From positions 6,182 through 70,181 of the forward strand of contig CAZYTX010000015.1 of assembly GCA_964650485.1 (NCBI GenBank): 64,000 nt of DNA. Reading direction: 5' to 3'. Under the pieces are notes generated by a model, which saw only the letters and a program-made list of their open reading frames with translations, had not been told where the DNA came from and made no database searches. This DNA is from an uncultured bacterium (GTDB taxonomy: Bacteria > RBG-13-61-14 > DATKZS01). Every line of letters starts with the position of its first letter. Position 1 is the first letter of the stretch. Positions 36,411 to 45,697 of the stretch are shown here, piece after piece. The position numbers were made by a program, and so were the translations under genes.

Positions 36411-38957
36411 TCATAGTCCCGAGAACGCGCTCCTTTGGATGATGTCGTCCTGGACCGGCTTGCCCAGGTCAACGAAGTATGCGGAGTAGCCCGACACCCT
36501 GACCACAAGGTCCTTGTACCGGTCCGGGTGCTGCTGTGCCTCGCGGAGCACCTTGTCGTCCACCACGTTGAACTGCACCTGCATGCCACCCTGCCTGAAG
36601 TGGGCTCTTATCATTGCCGCCACCTTCTTAACGCCCGCGTCGGTGGCGAGCATGGTTGGCAGGAACTTTACGTTTGTGGAGGAGCCGTTCGGCGCCAGCC
36701 GGTGGTTTAACTTGGCAACGCTCTGCAGCGCGGCCACCGGCCCCTTCTTCTCGGCCTGGTTCGATGGGGAGAGGCTGTTGGACACGGGCTCGCCCGCGCT
36801 CCTGCCGTCCGGTGTCGCCGCAAGCACCGTGCCCTCGAACACGTGCATGCCGTACGAGAAGAAGCTTGGCCTGTATATGCCGCCCCGAAGGGGCTTGTGC
36901 TTCATGACCTCGGTGCAGAAGAACTCCGCCACCTCGCTCGCGATCGCGTCCGCCCGGTCGTCGTCCTGGCCGTACTTGGGGGCCCTGGTCTTGAGCCGCG
37001 CTTTCAGCTTCTCCTTTCCCTTGAAGTTATTCCTGTGCGCGTCCAGGAGCTCGGCCATGGACACGCTCCCCTGTTCGTATACCATCTCCTTTATGGCGGC
37101 CAGGGAGTCCGCCGCAGTGGCCAGGCCCCGGCCAGAGATGGAGTTGAAGTTGTACTGGGCCCCTCCCACGGTGGCGTCCTTCGCATTCTCGATGCACCCC
37201 TTCAGGGTGAGGGATACGAACGGGCAGGGCAGCATCTCCGCGTATGCCCGGTCTTTGAGGTCCGTGGCCCTGGCGATCAGGTCCACGCACGCGGCCACCT
37301 GTTTTTTATAAGCTTCCATGAACTGGTCGAAGGTCTTGAACTTTCGCGGGTCACCGGTCTTCGGTCCAAAGCGACTGCCGGCCATGCGCAGGTAGCCGTT
37401 GTTGAGCGTCATCTCGAAAGCGCCCACCAAAGACACGTCGTTTCCCGAGGTGCAGCCAAAGGTGTTCCCGTGCGAGGTCGGCTCCACGCACCCGATGATT
37501 GCATAGTCGCGCGCGTCCTCGATGGAGTAGCCGGAGTCGGCGAGAGCCGGCACGATGGCCTCGTCGTTGAATATGGAGGGGCCGTTGGCGCTCCTGTGAA
37601 TGGATACCACCTTTTCCACGTAATCATCCGGCGACTTTTCGCTTGTCCTGAAAGACATAGAGTTCGTCATGTGCTGCATGGTGGTGGTGGCCTTGATGAA
37701 CAGGTATGAGAGCGGGTTGGTGGCGTCCTCCCCGTCGCGGCCCACCCCGCCCACGGTCACGGCCATGTTGTCCGCGCCCAGCTCGGACCCGGTCTGCTTG
37801 CCGTAAGGAGGCAGCACGATCACGTTATAGGAGAGCTTTACGATCAGCTCCTCCAGAAGCTCGAGCGCCTGCTCCTCGGTGATGCTCCCTCCCTCCAGGT
37901 CCGCCTTCAGATACGGCCACAAATACTGGTCCATGCGTCCGAGCGCGAACACGCTGGGCATCCCGTATGATATGAGAGCCATGACCTGGGTGAGCCACAC
38001 GAACTGGAGGGCCTCGCGAAAGTCGCCCGGGGGATGCCAGGGCACTCGCCTGCACCGCTCGGCTATTGCGATAAGCTCGGCCTTGCGCGCCGGGTCCCGT
38101 TGCTCTCTCGCCTTTTCCTCGGCCAGCCTTGCAAAGCGCCCCGCAAAGACCCTGGCAGCGTCGCAGCATATGATAACGGAATCGAGGAAAGCCCCGGCCT
38201 CGGGGTCATTGCCCGCCTCCTGCAGCTTCTCCCCGGCCCTTTTCTTCGCGCCCTCGAACCCTCCTTCCAGCAGGTTCTTGTGACCTATGACCAGGTGGCC
38301 CTGCACGTCGAACACGTTCATGCACAGCCCCGGGTTGTTGACCGGTATCTCCTCCCCGGCCCGGGCCATGTACCTGGGGTTCCCGCCCGCGCTCTGCACC
38401 TGCTTGTACACGGCGCCCAGCCCGAAGCCCCGCACCCGGTCGAGCGAGCTTCTTGCCGTGAGCTTTACGGGAAAGTATAGGCCGCTTTGTTTCCAGAGCT
38501 CTTTCTTGCGCTCTCGTATGGTCTTGCTGTGCCAGTAGGGTAGGATGTCCTGCATGAGCTCGCGCTTCTCGTCTTCGGAGAGGCGGTAGGGCCTGTCCGG
38601 CCGGGTGAGGAGCTTTTCCAGTTCCATCTCCAGCACCAGGTTGATTTCGCCCCGCTCCACCGGTATCACCGCGGCCACCAGCTTGCCCGAGCGGTTGCCC
38701 ACTATGGCCTCCCGGTCCAGGATGTATACGGTCATGTTCTCCAGGGTGTGGGCGAAAGCCCGGGCCGCGCGCAGGGCAGGGTGCAGACCCCCGGTGCCCC
38801 TATACGATTCAGTGTAGTAGCGGGCCCGCTCGATGCATATCTCGTAGGGCGCGTCCAGGATCATTTTTCGCAGGGCATGAGTGCGGGATTGCGGCTCTGT
38901 CGTCTGGGGTGCGGGGATCCTGTTTTTTTCTGGAAGGCTTTCTACGGCTTCTGTCAT
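36411..38957 (-). CDS. Glycyl radical enzyme of the pyruvate formate-lyase superfamily (PFL2 / diol-dehydratase / lyase type; substrate unknown)
   Basis: 848 aa. Glycyl radical motif RVSGYSAYF near the C-terminus. Thiyl-radical Cys loop IIGCVEP. Central ...GRMDQYLWPYL... The whole architecture is PFL-like. Confidence 0.85.
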   Translation of the reverse strand: MTEAVESLPEKNRIPAPQTTEPQSRTHALRKMILDAPYEICIERARYYTESYRGTGGLHPALRAARAFAHTLENMTVYILDREAIVGNRSGKLVAAVIPVERGEINLVLEMELEKLLTRPDRPYRLSEDEKRELMQDILPYWHSKTIRERKKELWKQSGLYFPVKLTARSSLDRVRGFGLGAVYKQVQSAGGNPRYMARAGEEIPVNNPGLCMNVFDVQGHLVIGHKNLLEGGFEGAKKRAGEKLQEAGNDPEAGAFLDSVIICCDAARVFAGRFARLAEEKAREQRDPARKAELIAIAERCRRVPWHPPGDFREALQFVWLTQVMALISYGMPSVFALGRMDQYLWPYLKADLEGGSITEEQALELLEELIVKLSYNVIVLPPYGKQTGSELGADNMAVTVGGVGRDGEDATNPLSYLFIKATTTMQHMTNSMSFRTSEKSPDDYVEKVVSIHRSANGPSIFNDEAIVPALADSGYSIEDARDYAIIGCVEPTSHGNTFGCTSGNDVSLVGAFEMTLNNGYLRMAGSRFGPKTGDPRKFKTFDQFMEAYKKQVAACVDLIARATDLKDRAYAEMLPCPFVSLTLKGCIENAKDATVGGAQYNFNSISGRGLATAADSLAAIKEMVYEQGSVSMAELLDAHRNNFKGKEKLKARLKTRAPKYGQDDDRADAIASEVAEFFCTEVMKHKPLRGGIYRPSFFSYGMHVFEGTVLAATPDGRSAGEPVSNSLSPSNQAEKKGPVAALQSVAKLNHRLAPNGSSTNVKFLPTMLATDAGVKKVAAMIRAHFRQGGMQVQFNVVDDKVLREAQQHPDRYKDLVVRVSGYSAYFVDLGKPVQDDIIQRSAFSGL

Positions 38958-39385
38958 GGCGGGCTCCTTTCTGCCGATGCTTTTTTGTCTATCGGGCAGC
39001 TCACAAAAGCTATGTGGGCCACCCTCAACCCATACACCATGTCATAAAAATAGCTGATCAGAGGCGCCAATACAAGAAGAGCAAAGATATATGGCATCAC
39101 TCTTGTCCAAAACAGGATCAGGAAAATTTACCACAAAGTCGCAAAGGCACGAAGAATTAAAAGGATCAGGAGGATTGATTCAAGGCCTTGGCAAAGTCAA
39201 CCTGGATTTGGACATGGCAAAAAAAGAGGGGGCTTGCTCGCTTTTGACCCTCGCTTTGCCTTTTCTTCCTTGGCGTCTTTTCTGGTGCCTTGGCGTTTTG
39301 CTTTCGCTTCTGCCCTCGTTTATAATCCTTTTACTGTCCGGGTCTGCGTCAGGGAAGTGTTTTAGTAACGAGGAGGTTTAAGCCA

Positions 39386-40060
39386 ATGAGTGATAAGTAT
39401 GCCGAGCTTCGGCGCGATGTGTGCGATTACGCACGCAGGATGGCGGCAGAGGGGTGGGTCACGGGCTCTTCGGGCAACGTGAGCGTACGTGTCCCCGGGG
39501 AGGAGGGTCACTATGTTATAACACCCACCAGTATAAAGTACAACGAGCTTGTGCCCGATAACATAGTAGTCTGCGACGAGGAGGGGGACGAGGTCATCGA
39601 GGTTGAGAACGCGCCCAGCTTCGAGCTGCCGTTGCACGTTGCCGTGTACAAGGCCCGGCCGGACGCGAACGCGGTTTTCCACACCCATGCGCTCTACAGC
39701 ACGGTTTTATCGGTGCTGCGGCTTCCGCTGCCTCCCATAGTTGAGGAGCTGGTGCCCTACATCGGGGGCGAGATATTGGTGGCGGAGTACGGTCAGTCGG
39801 GCACGGACGATCTGGCCGAAAACGTGGTCAAGGCGCTCGGCGACAAGGGCGGGGTCTTCATAGCCAACCACGGCAACGTTTGCGTAGGCAAGAACCTGAA
39901 GAAAGCGTTCAACGTGTGCGCGCTGCTGGAGCGGACCGCGCAGACGTACGTGGAGTGCTTAAAGCTGGAAGGTCTTGGTCACGGTTCGGTGACGCGTCTT
40001 CCTGGCGAGGTGGTGGAGTCGGAGGCCGGGATGTACGAGGCCATGAAGGACTTCGACTGA
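39386..40060 (+). CDS. Class II aldolase/adducin-domain protein (L-fuculose-phosphate aldolase / MtnB-like)
   Basis: GSSGNVSVRV...HYVITPTS...AVFHTHALYSTVLS...VAEYGQSG match the class II aldolase metal-binding pattern. AGGAGG RBS upstream. Confidence 0.7.
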   Translation: MSDKYAELRRDVCDYARRMAAEGWVTGSSGNVSVRVPGEEGHYVITPTSIKYNELVPDNIVVCDEEGDEVIEVENAPSFELPLHVAVYKARPDANAVFHTHALYSTVLSVLRLPLPPIVEELVPYIGGEILVAEYGQSGTDDLAENVVKALGDKGGVFIANHGNVCVGKNLKKAFNVCALLERTAQTYVECLKLEGLGHGSVTRLPGEVVESEAGMYEAMKDFD

Positions 40061-40092
40061 TCGGCCCGGTCAAAGACTCATCTTGTCACAGG

Positions 40093-41265
40093 ATGTTACG
40101 CATGGAGACTGCGGCGAGGTTGGGGGCTTTTGCAGTGGTGCTGGCCCTGCAGGCCTTAGCCGCTTTTGTTTTTATACGCGGGCTCAAGCTCCCCTCGGGC
40201 TGGGCGTGGCCGGTCATATTCGCTTTCATACTTTTCAATTTTCCGCTGCCGTACCTGTTCTGGCTGCAGGCCGGCGCCAGGCAGGCTCCGTTTTGGGTTG
40301 CTGCGCTCGTTGTCAGGCCCTGCTTTGCCTGGCAGTTCAACTGGATCACTTTCCTTTTTATCGCCGGTCCACTGGTCATACTGGGATGGCTTTTTGCCTG
40401 GCTGTTCCACGCCCAGGCTATTATAAGCGTGATGAGATGGGTGCTGGTCCCGCTGGTGCTTGCCTGGTGGTCGCTCAGCTTTTACGGTCTGTTCGACACG
40501 GTGCGGCCGCCGGAGTACAACACCGTGGAGGTGGATCTTCCTGGCCTGCCGGCTTCCGAAGACGGCGCCAGGGTTGCGCTTCTCTCCGACCCGCACGTTG
40601 CCTGGTGGAACTCTGCCAGGGAGATATGCCACATAGGAAAAGCTATAAGGGAAATGGACCCCGACCTCTTCCTGGTGACCGGCGACATGGTGGACCACAA
40701 CCCCGATTACGTGCACGCGTTCGCGGACTGCATGGAGGGGATCGAGCCCCGGCTGGGAAGGTACGCCATCATCGGCAACCACGACGTTTACACGGGCAGG
40801 GAGGCGGTGGCCAGGCGCATGCAGGCCCGTGGCTTCGGGATGATAAGGAACCAGTGGATCAGCCTCGCGGACAAAGGCTCGGCGATTGTGCTGGCCGGCG
40901 TGGAGGACTCGGGCGTGAACTGGGCCGGCAAGGGCCCGGCAACTAAAAAGCTGCCCGGTATACTGGCCGACTGCCCGCAGCAGGCCCCGGTGATACTGAT
41001 GAAGCACAGGCCCTCGGACTTCAAGTACTACAAGGACCTGCCCGTGGACCTGGTGCTCTCGGGCCACACCCACGGGGGCCAGTTCAAGCTCCCCTTCGGC
41101 GGCCCGGGTCTCGCCCATATGACGTATAAGTATCCGGAGGGCCTGCACTCGCAGGGTGGAAAGACCACGTTCGTGAGCCGGGGCACAGGCACCGTGGGCT
41201 GGCCCTTCAGGCTTTTCTGCCCAAAGCAGGCCACCCTGATAATCCTGCGCTCGCCTGATGCGTGA
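40093..41265 (+). CDS. Membrane-anchored metallophosphoesterase (calcineurin-like, YkuE type)
   Basis: ~5 N-terminal TM helices, then LSDPHV...GDMVDHNPDY...IIGNHDVY...LSGHTHGGQ phosphoesterase motifs. Start ATG at 40093 (in-frame subset of ORF 39880..41265). Confidence 0.65.
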   Translation: MLRMETAARLGAFAVVLALQALAAFVFIRGLKLPSGWAWPVIFAFILFNFPLPYLFWLQAGARQAPFWVAALVVRPCFAWQFNWITFLFIAGPLVILGWLFAWLFHAQAIISVMRWVLVPLVLAWWSLSFYGLFDTVRPPEYNTVEVDLPGLPASEDGARVALLSDPHVAWWNSAREICHIGKAIREMDPDLFLVTGDMVDHNPDYVHAFADCMEGIEPRLGRYAIIGNHDVYTGREAVARRMQARGFGMIRNQWISLADKGSAIVLAGVEDSGVNWAGKGPATKKLPGILADCPQQAPVILMKHRPSDFKYYKDLPVDLVLSGHTHGGQFKLPFGGPGLAHMTYKYPEGLHSQGGKTTFVSRGTGTVGWPFRLFCPKQATLIILRSPDA

Positions 41266-42255
41266 CTAGTTATCTTTCAGCCACGCAATCAGCGAGTCCA
41301 TTGATTCCATGGGCTCTCTCGGTGGGAGCCCGGCGCAGACAAAACACGGCAGGCCGGACACAGCGGCATTTACCCATTGCAAACGGTCCTCCCAAAACCC
41401 TCTGTTAAAGAGCTTTTCGCCGAACCCGTGCATCTCTTCCAAGTCGGTCCGCGCCATGCGCGCGGCCATGTCTTCGGGGGCCAGTGGCGCCGGGCTTTTG
41501 TTTTTGCTTGCCGGCCCGGACAGCCATATTGCGCCGGCCAGGGCGCTCTTTGGGGCGATGTTTATTTCCGGGACCAGGAGTTCTACCCTTGCCTTGAAGT
41601 ACATCTTCAGTCTTTTCATTGAGGCATGGCGCAGAGCCGTGCGCAGGGCTATGTCCAGCTTGTGTCTGGAAGAGAGCCCTGCTGTGGCGCTTCTGGATGC
41701 GAGGTGCCTTGCGCCCAGCCGCAGGGGGGTCGGGTATGCGAGCACGTATTGGCCGTCCAGCAGCGAGAAGTCGTCTCCGGCAAAGGGGCGCCCGGCATCG
41801 AGCCATCTGAGCACCCAGGTGGTCTTGCCGGCGCCGCCGGGTCCGGCCACCAGCACGGCCCGCTCCCCGTCCGATAGGGCGGCGGCATGGGTCATGAGGG
41901 CCCCCTTGCGCTCTGCCGCGATCCTTATTGCCGGCTCCACTATCCACTTGGACACGATGAACCGGGTCGCCGCGTTCCCTGTGACCTTAAGAGCAAACGG
42001 CCTTTGCGAGGGCTCTCCCGCGTGCACCTGCCAGCGGGCCATCATGTGCCTGCCATGCCAGGAGAAGGCCGGCGCAAAAGTCTCGTCCCAAACCCCTTGC
42101 GGGTAGTCGAGACATACGTCCAAGTCAAGGTCTTGGAGCACGGGGGCGCGGTCCTCGAAGAAATACAGCTCTCGCCTGACAGGGTCCACAAGACCTGGCG
42201 ATCCCTTCACCCTTCCCTTTACCAGCCGGTGGATAGAGAAGAAGAATTCTGGCAA
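41266..42255 (-). CDS. HprK-related P-loop kinase-like protein
   Basis: AVLVAGPGGAGKTTWVLRWLDAGRPFAGDDFSLLD parallels the HprK C-terminal domain (G.SG.GKS...LV.DD). Its stop abuts the stop of the convergent phosphoesterase gene. Confidence 0.45.
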   Translation of the reverse strand: MPEFFFSIHRLVKGRVKGSPGLVDPVRRELYFFEDRAPVLQDLDLDVCLDYPQGVWDETFAPAFSWHGRHMMARWQVHAGEPSQRPFALKVTGNAATRFIVSKWIVEPAIRIAAERKGALMTHAAALSDGERAVLVAGPGGAGKTTWVLRWLDAGRPFAGDDFSLLDGQYVLAYPTPLRLGARHLASRSATAGLSSRHKLDIALRTALRHASMKRLKMYFKARVELLVPEINIAPKSALAGAIWLSGPASKNKSPAPLAPEDMAARMARTDLEEMHGFGEKLFNRGFWEDRLQWVNAAVSGLPCFVCAGLPPREPMESMDSLIAWLKDN

Positions 42256-42257
42256 GT

Positions 42258-43232
42258 CTAGCTCCCGGCCTGATCCTGCAGGAGGGCGAGGTCATTGTCA
42301 ACCATCATCTTGATGAGCTCTTCAAAGCTTGTCCGGTGGGTCCAGCCGAGTTTTTCCCCGGCCCTGGCAGGGTCCCCCACCAGGCGGCCCTTCTCGGCAG
42401 AGCGCACAAGCGAAGGGCTGACTATCACGTGGTCTTTCCAGTCGAGTCCCGCGTGCTGGAATGCAGTCTCGCACAGGTCGCGCACGGTGTGCTGCTCGCC
42501 GGTGGCTATGACATAGTCGTCGGGCGCATCCTGCTGCAGCATGAGCCACATGGCCTTTACGTAGTCCCCGGCAAAGCCCCAGTCGCGCCTGCTGGAGAGG
42601 TCCCCGAGCTCGATCTTTTCCTCGATGCCCAGCTTTATGGCGGCCGCGGCCCGGGTGACTTTCCTGGTCACGAAGTTGGCGCTGCGCCTCGGCGACTCAT
42701 GATTGAAGAGTATGCCCGAGCAGGCGAACACTCCCAGGCTCTCGCGGTAGTACCTTGTCATGTAGTGGCCATAAGCCTTGGCCGCGCCGTAGGGGTTGCG
42801 CGGATAAAAAGGTGTGCTCTCGTTCTGCGGCGACTGGGTGACGTTGCCGAACATCTCCGAGGACCCTGCCTGGAAGAAGCGGACCTTTGGCCCCGCGGCG
42901 CGCACGGCCTCCAGCACCCGGGTCACTCCCAGGGCGTTCAGCTCTCCCATGAGCAGGGGCTGCTCCTTGTGGTCCGGCACGAAGCTCATGGCCGCGAGGT
43001 TGTAGACCTCCCGCGGCTGTGAGGCTTTCATGGCTTTTGCGAGCGAGTCCCCGTCCAGCATGTCGCCCTGTATGAGCTCTATGTCATCCAGTATGTGACT
43101 GATGCATGCGGTCCTGTGCTCGGAGACCTCCAGGTCGAGGCCGAACACGCGGTAGCCCTCCTCCAGCAGCAGCTCGGCCAGGTAGCTCCCGTCCTGGCCG
43201 GTGATCCCGGTTATGAGTGCATTCTTTTTCAT
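42258..43232 (-). CDS. gmd: GDP-mannose 4,6-dehydratase
   Basis: ALITGITGQDGSYLAELLL (Rossmann), ...YNLAAMSFV..., ...SSEMFG..., YGAAKAY (YxxxK) are hallmarks of Gmd-type SDRs. Confidence 0.8.
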   Translation of the reverse strand: MKKNALITGITGQDGSYLAELLLEEGYRVFGLDLEVSEHRTACISHILDDIELIQGDMLDGDSLAKAMKASQPREVYNLAAMSFVPDHKEQPLLMGELNALGVTRVLEAVRAAGPKVRFFQAGSSEMFGNVTQSPQNESTPFYPRNPYGAAKAYGHYMTRYYRESLGVFACSGILFNHESPRRSANFVTRKVTRAAAAIKLGIEEKIELGDLSSRRDWGFAGDYVKAMWLMLQQDAPDDYVIATGEQHTVRDLCETAFQHAGLDWKDHVIVSPSLVRSAEKGRLVGDPARAGEKLGWTHRTSFEELIKMMVDNDLALLQDQAGS

Positions 43233-43244
43233 ATAATAGCAGAC

Positions 43245-44147
43245 CTAGTAAGGCTCCTCGTCCTCGGGCACGAACCTTATGGGCAGCTCCAGCACACCTT
43301 CCTCCACCTCGCGCGGCAGAGGCGGCAGCTTCTTTATCTTCGCAAGAAGAGCCATCACCGACTTGTCCATGTCAGGGTTGCCAGACTCGTGGAGCACCTG
43401 GTATCCCATCACCTTGCCGTCCTCGTCAACCTTTATGAGCACGTCGAAGTGGAGGCCCTGGTTCAGGGGCACGGTCACGGGCAGGTCCCAGGAGCGGAGC
43501 AGCTCCATGCCGGCGAGCCTCTTGTAGTGCAGTATCCTCACGTCGCCCTTCACCCCGGCCATGGCAAGGCCCCAGGCCGTGCTCCCGTCCACTGAGCCTT
43601 GCAGGCTGCCGCGGCCGGAGACCATGTTCCTCGCAAGATCTATGTCGTCCCGCTTTGCATCCGGAAAAGTATCGGAGGACCCCTCTTCCCCTCCGTCCTC
43701 CTCGCCAGGGGCTTTTTCCTCCTCCGGCTCCTTCTGCTCTTCGGGCTCATCCTCCTTCACCGGCTTCTTGTTCTTTTGCTCCTCGGGCTCCGGCTCTTTC
43801 TTTTCGGCCGCTTTCTCGGGAGGCTCTTCGCTCTCTTCCTCCGGATTTTCGATCACCGGCTTTGCAATCTTCTTGGGCTCCGGTTTTGGTGCTTCCGCTT
43901 GCAAGGGCTTTTGCGAGGCGGGCCCGGGATCATCAGCCTTGGCCGGCGCGCCCTTCTTCGGCATGGGCGCGACCCACCTCACCTGAATGGAGTGATCCGA
44001 AAGCCACGGCTCGCGGCCGCAGCGGCTGGAGAGCGCGACAACACAGAGCAGCGCGAGGTGCACGCACCCGGAGGCGGCCACCGCCTTCAAAAAGGAGCAC
44101 GTGACCTCTTTGTCCCGCTTCCCATATGCAACAGTATAAGAGCTCAC
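43245..44147 (-). CDS. tonB: TonB family protein (N-terminal anchor, Pro/Glu/Lys-rich spacer, C-terminal TonB domain)
   Basis: Hydrophobic anchor CVHLALLCVVAL, then a long EPEEQKEP/KPEP spacer and a C-terminal ~90-aa domain. Start overlaps the exbD stop. Confidence 0.6.
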   Translation of the reverse strand: MSSYTVAYGKRDKEVTCSFLKAVAASGCVHLALLCVVALSSRCGREPWLSDHSIQVRWVAPMPKKGAPAKADDPGPASQKPLQAEAPKPEPKKIAKPVIENPEEESEEPPEKAAEKKEPEPEEQKNKKPVKEDEPEEQKEPEEEKAPGEEDGGEEGSSDTFPDAKRDDIDLARNMVSGRGSLQGSVDGSTAWGLAMAGVKGDVRILHYKRLAGMELLRSWDLPVTVPLNQGLHFDVLIKVDEDGKVMGYQVLHESGNPDMDKSVMALLAKIKKLPPLPREVEEGVLELPIRFVPEDEEPY

Positions 44148-44539
44148 CTGGTCTCGATCTCCTCGGGCTCGGTCACCATGCCGAGGCCCGGGACGCCCGC
44201 CTTCCTGGCCGCGGCCATCACCCCCACCACGAACCCGTATGGCACGTCTTGGTCGGCCCGCAGGTACACCTCCTTGCCGGCGCGGCCGGACAGGGTCTCC
44301 TCGAGCACCGGGCCCAGCCTCTCGACCTCGACCTCGATGTCGTCAAGGAAAACCTTCTTGCCTTCGGTCACAGTTATCACCAGCTCGTCCGTCTTCACCG
44401 GAAAAGCGGACATGGTGACCTGGGGAAGGTCTACGGAGACCCCCTGCTGCAGGTGGGGAGCGGTGAGCATGAAGATGATGAGCAGCACCAGCATCACGTC
44501 CACCAGAGGGGTCACGTTGATCTCCGACATGGGTAGCAT
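44144..44539 (-). CDS. exbD: Biopolymer transport protein ExbD/TolR
   Basis: MSEINVTPLVDVMLVLLIIFMLTAP...VYLRADQDVPYGFVVGVMAAARKAG is the ExbD signature. Start chosen at an internal Met (MLPMSEI); the ORF extends to 44584. Confidence 0.7.
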   Translation of the reverse strand: MLPMSEINVTPLVDVMLVLLIIFMLTAPHLQQGVSVDLPQVTMSAFPVKTDELVITVTEGKKVFLDDIEVEVERLGPVLEETLSGRAGKEVYLRADQDVPYGFVVGVMAAARKAGVPGLGMVTEPEEIETR

Positions 44540-44740
44540 GCTGTTCCCGCCCGCGCCTCCTTGCATAAAAGCCCCCTTTGTCACCGCTGTGCAGCGGGTC
44601 TAAAACTCTATACTTATTTAACTGCAATCGCCTGGCATTATCAACCCGGAGTTTTTAAGGCTCGCAACGACGCCATGAGGCCACGGTATGTTGTATCATA
44701 TGTGAGGCGGGAGGGATCAAGTCTTTACGACCCCTGGAGT

Positions 44741-45670
44741 TCACGGCCTCTTTACCCTGACCGCTTGAGGGATGACCTCGAAGCTCGCGGGGAGCATGCC
44801 CGGCTGCTCCCCGTCAACGTCCAGGAGCACCCGTTCCTCGGAGTCGGCCTCCACCCTGCCGGCCCGGAAGCTCTCCACCTTGGGATGTGTCGTATGGTCT
44901 CCAGTATAGATGGTGCGCATGAGGCTCACCTGCTCCATGAAGGAGAGGTCACCCAGCACCACCACGTCGAAGAGCCCGTCGTCCACACTGGCCCCGGGCG
45001 CGGTGCGCATGCCGGCCCCGAAGTACTGGCCGTTGGCCACGGCCACGTTGAAAACCTTGCGCTCAAAGGGCTCGCCATCGTCCAGCCTTATGCTCACCCT
45101 CTTGTTGCTGTAGGCCAGGGACCCCCGCAGCGACCCGATCATGAAGCTCACCCTGCCCCCGAACACCTTGGTGGTCCGGTTCACCCGGTCGTCAACCTCG
45201 CCGCCCACGCCGAAGGATGCGATGTTTATGAAGTAGCGGGACAGGTCTTCGCCCCGGTGGTCCCTGAGCGTCATCCTCCCCACGTCGGTGGGCTTTGCCG
45301 GGAGCTCGGAGAGCACGGCCACGGAGTCGCGGAACTCTCTTGGCACCTTGATGGTCTTTATGAAGTCCGAGCCCGTGCCCATACATACGACAGCGAATAC
45401 AGCATCCGGGTTTACCAGCTCGCCATGCTCGAAGAAGCCGTTTATGACCTCGTTGTTGGTCCCGTCGCCGCCCAGGGACACGATCATCTCGAAGCCGTCC
45501 TTGATCGCCTTCCTGGCCAGCTCCGGCGCGTGCCACGGCCCCTCGGTCATGCCGAACTCGACCTTGCCGAGCACCGACTCGGCAAGCGACTTTATCTCCG
45601 GCCACAGCTTCTTTGCCCGGCAATTGGCCGCGTTCGGGTTCACCACGAAAAATGTCTTCAAGCCAGCCAT
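44741..45670 (-). CDS. Diacylglycerol/lipid kinase catalytic-domain protein (YegS/BmrU family)
   Basis: FFVVNPNAANCRA...MIVSLGGDGTNNEVING is the DAGK_cat GGDGT motif and the overall YegS architecture. Confidence 0.7.
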   Translation of the reverse strand: MAGLKTFFVVNPNAANCRAKKLWPEIKSLAESVLGKVEFGMTEGPWHAPELARKAIKDGFEMIVSLGGDGTNNEVINGFFEHGELVNPDAVFAVVCMGTGSDFIKTIKVPREFRDSVAVLSELPAKPTDVGRMTLRDHRGEDLSRYFINIASFGVGGEVDDRVNRTTKVFGGRVSFMIGSLRGSLAYSNKRVSIRLDDGEPFERKVFNVAVANGQYFGAGMRTAPGASVDDGLFDVVVLGDLSFMEQVSLMRTIYTGDHTTHPKVESFRAGRVEADSEERVLLDVDGEQPGMLPASFEVIPQAVRVKRP

Positions 45671-45697
45671 GGAAAACTCCTCCCCCTCTGCGGCGCT

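Noticed and set aside
39230-39340. Possible sigma54 (-24/-12) promoter among the TGGC/TTGC-rich repeats upstream of the GRE
   Set aside because: No candidate has the required 12-nt GG-to-GC spacing (observed 8, 9 or 16), so I cannot support it from sequence alone.
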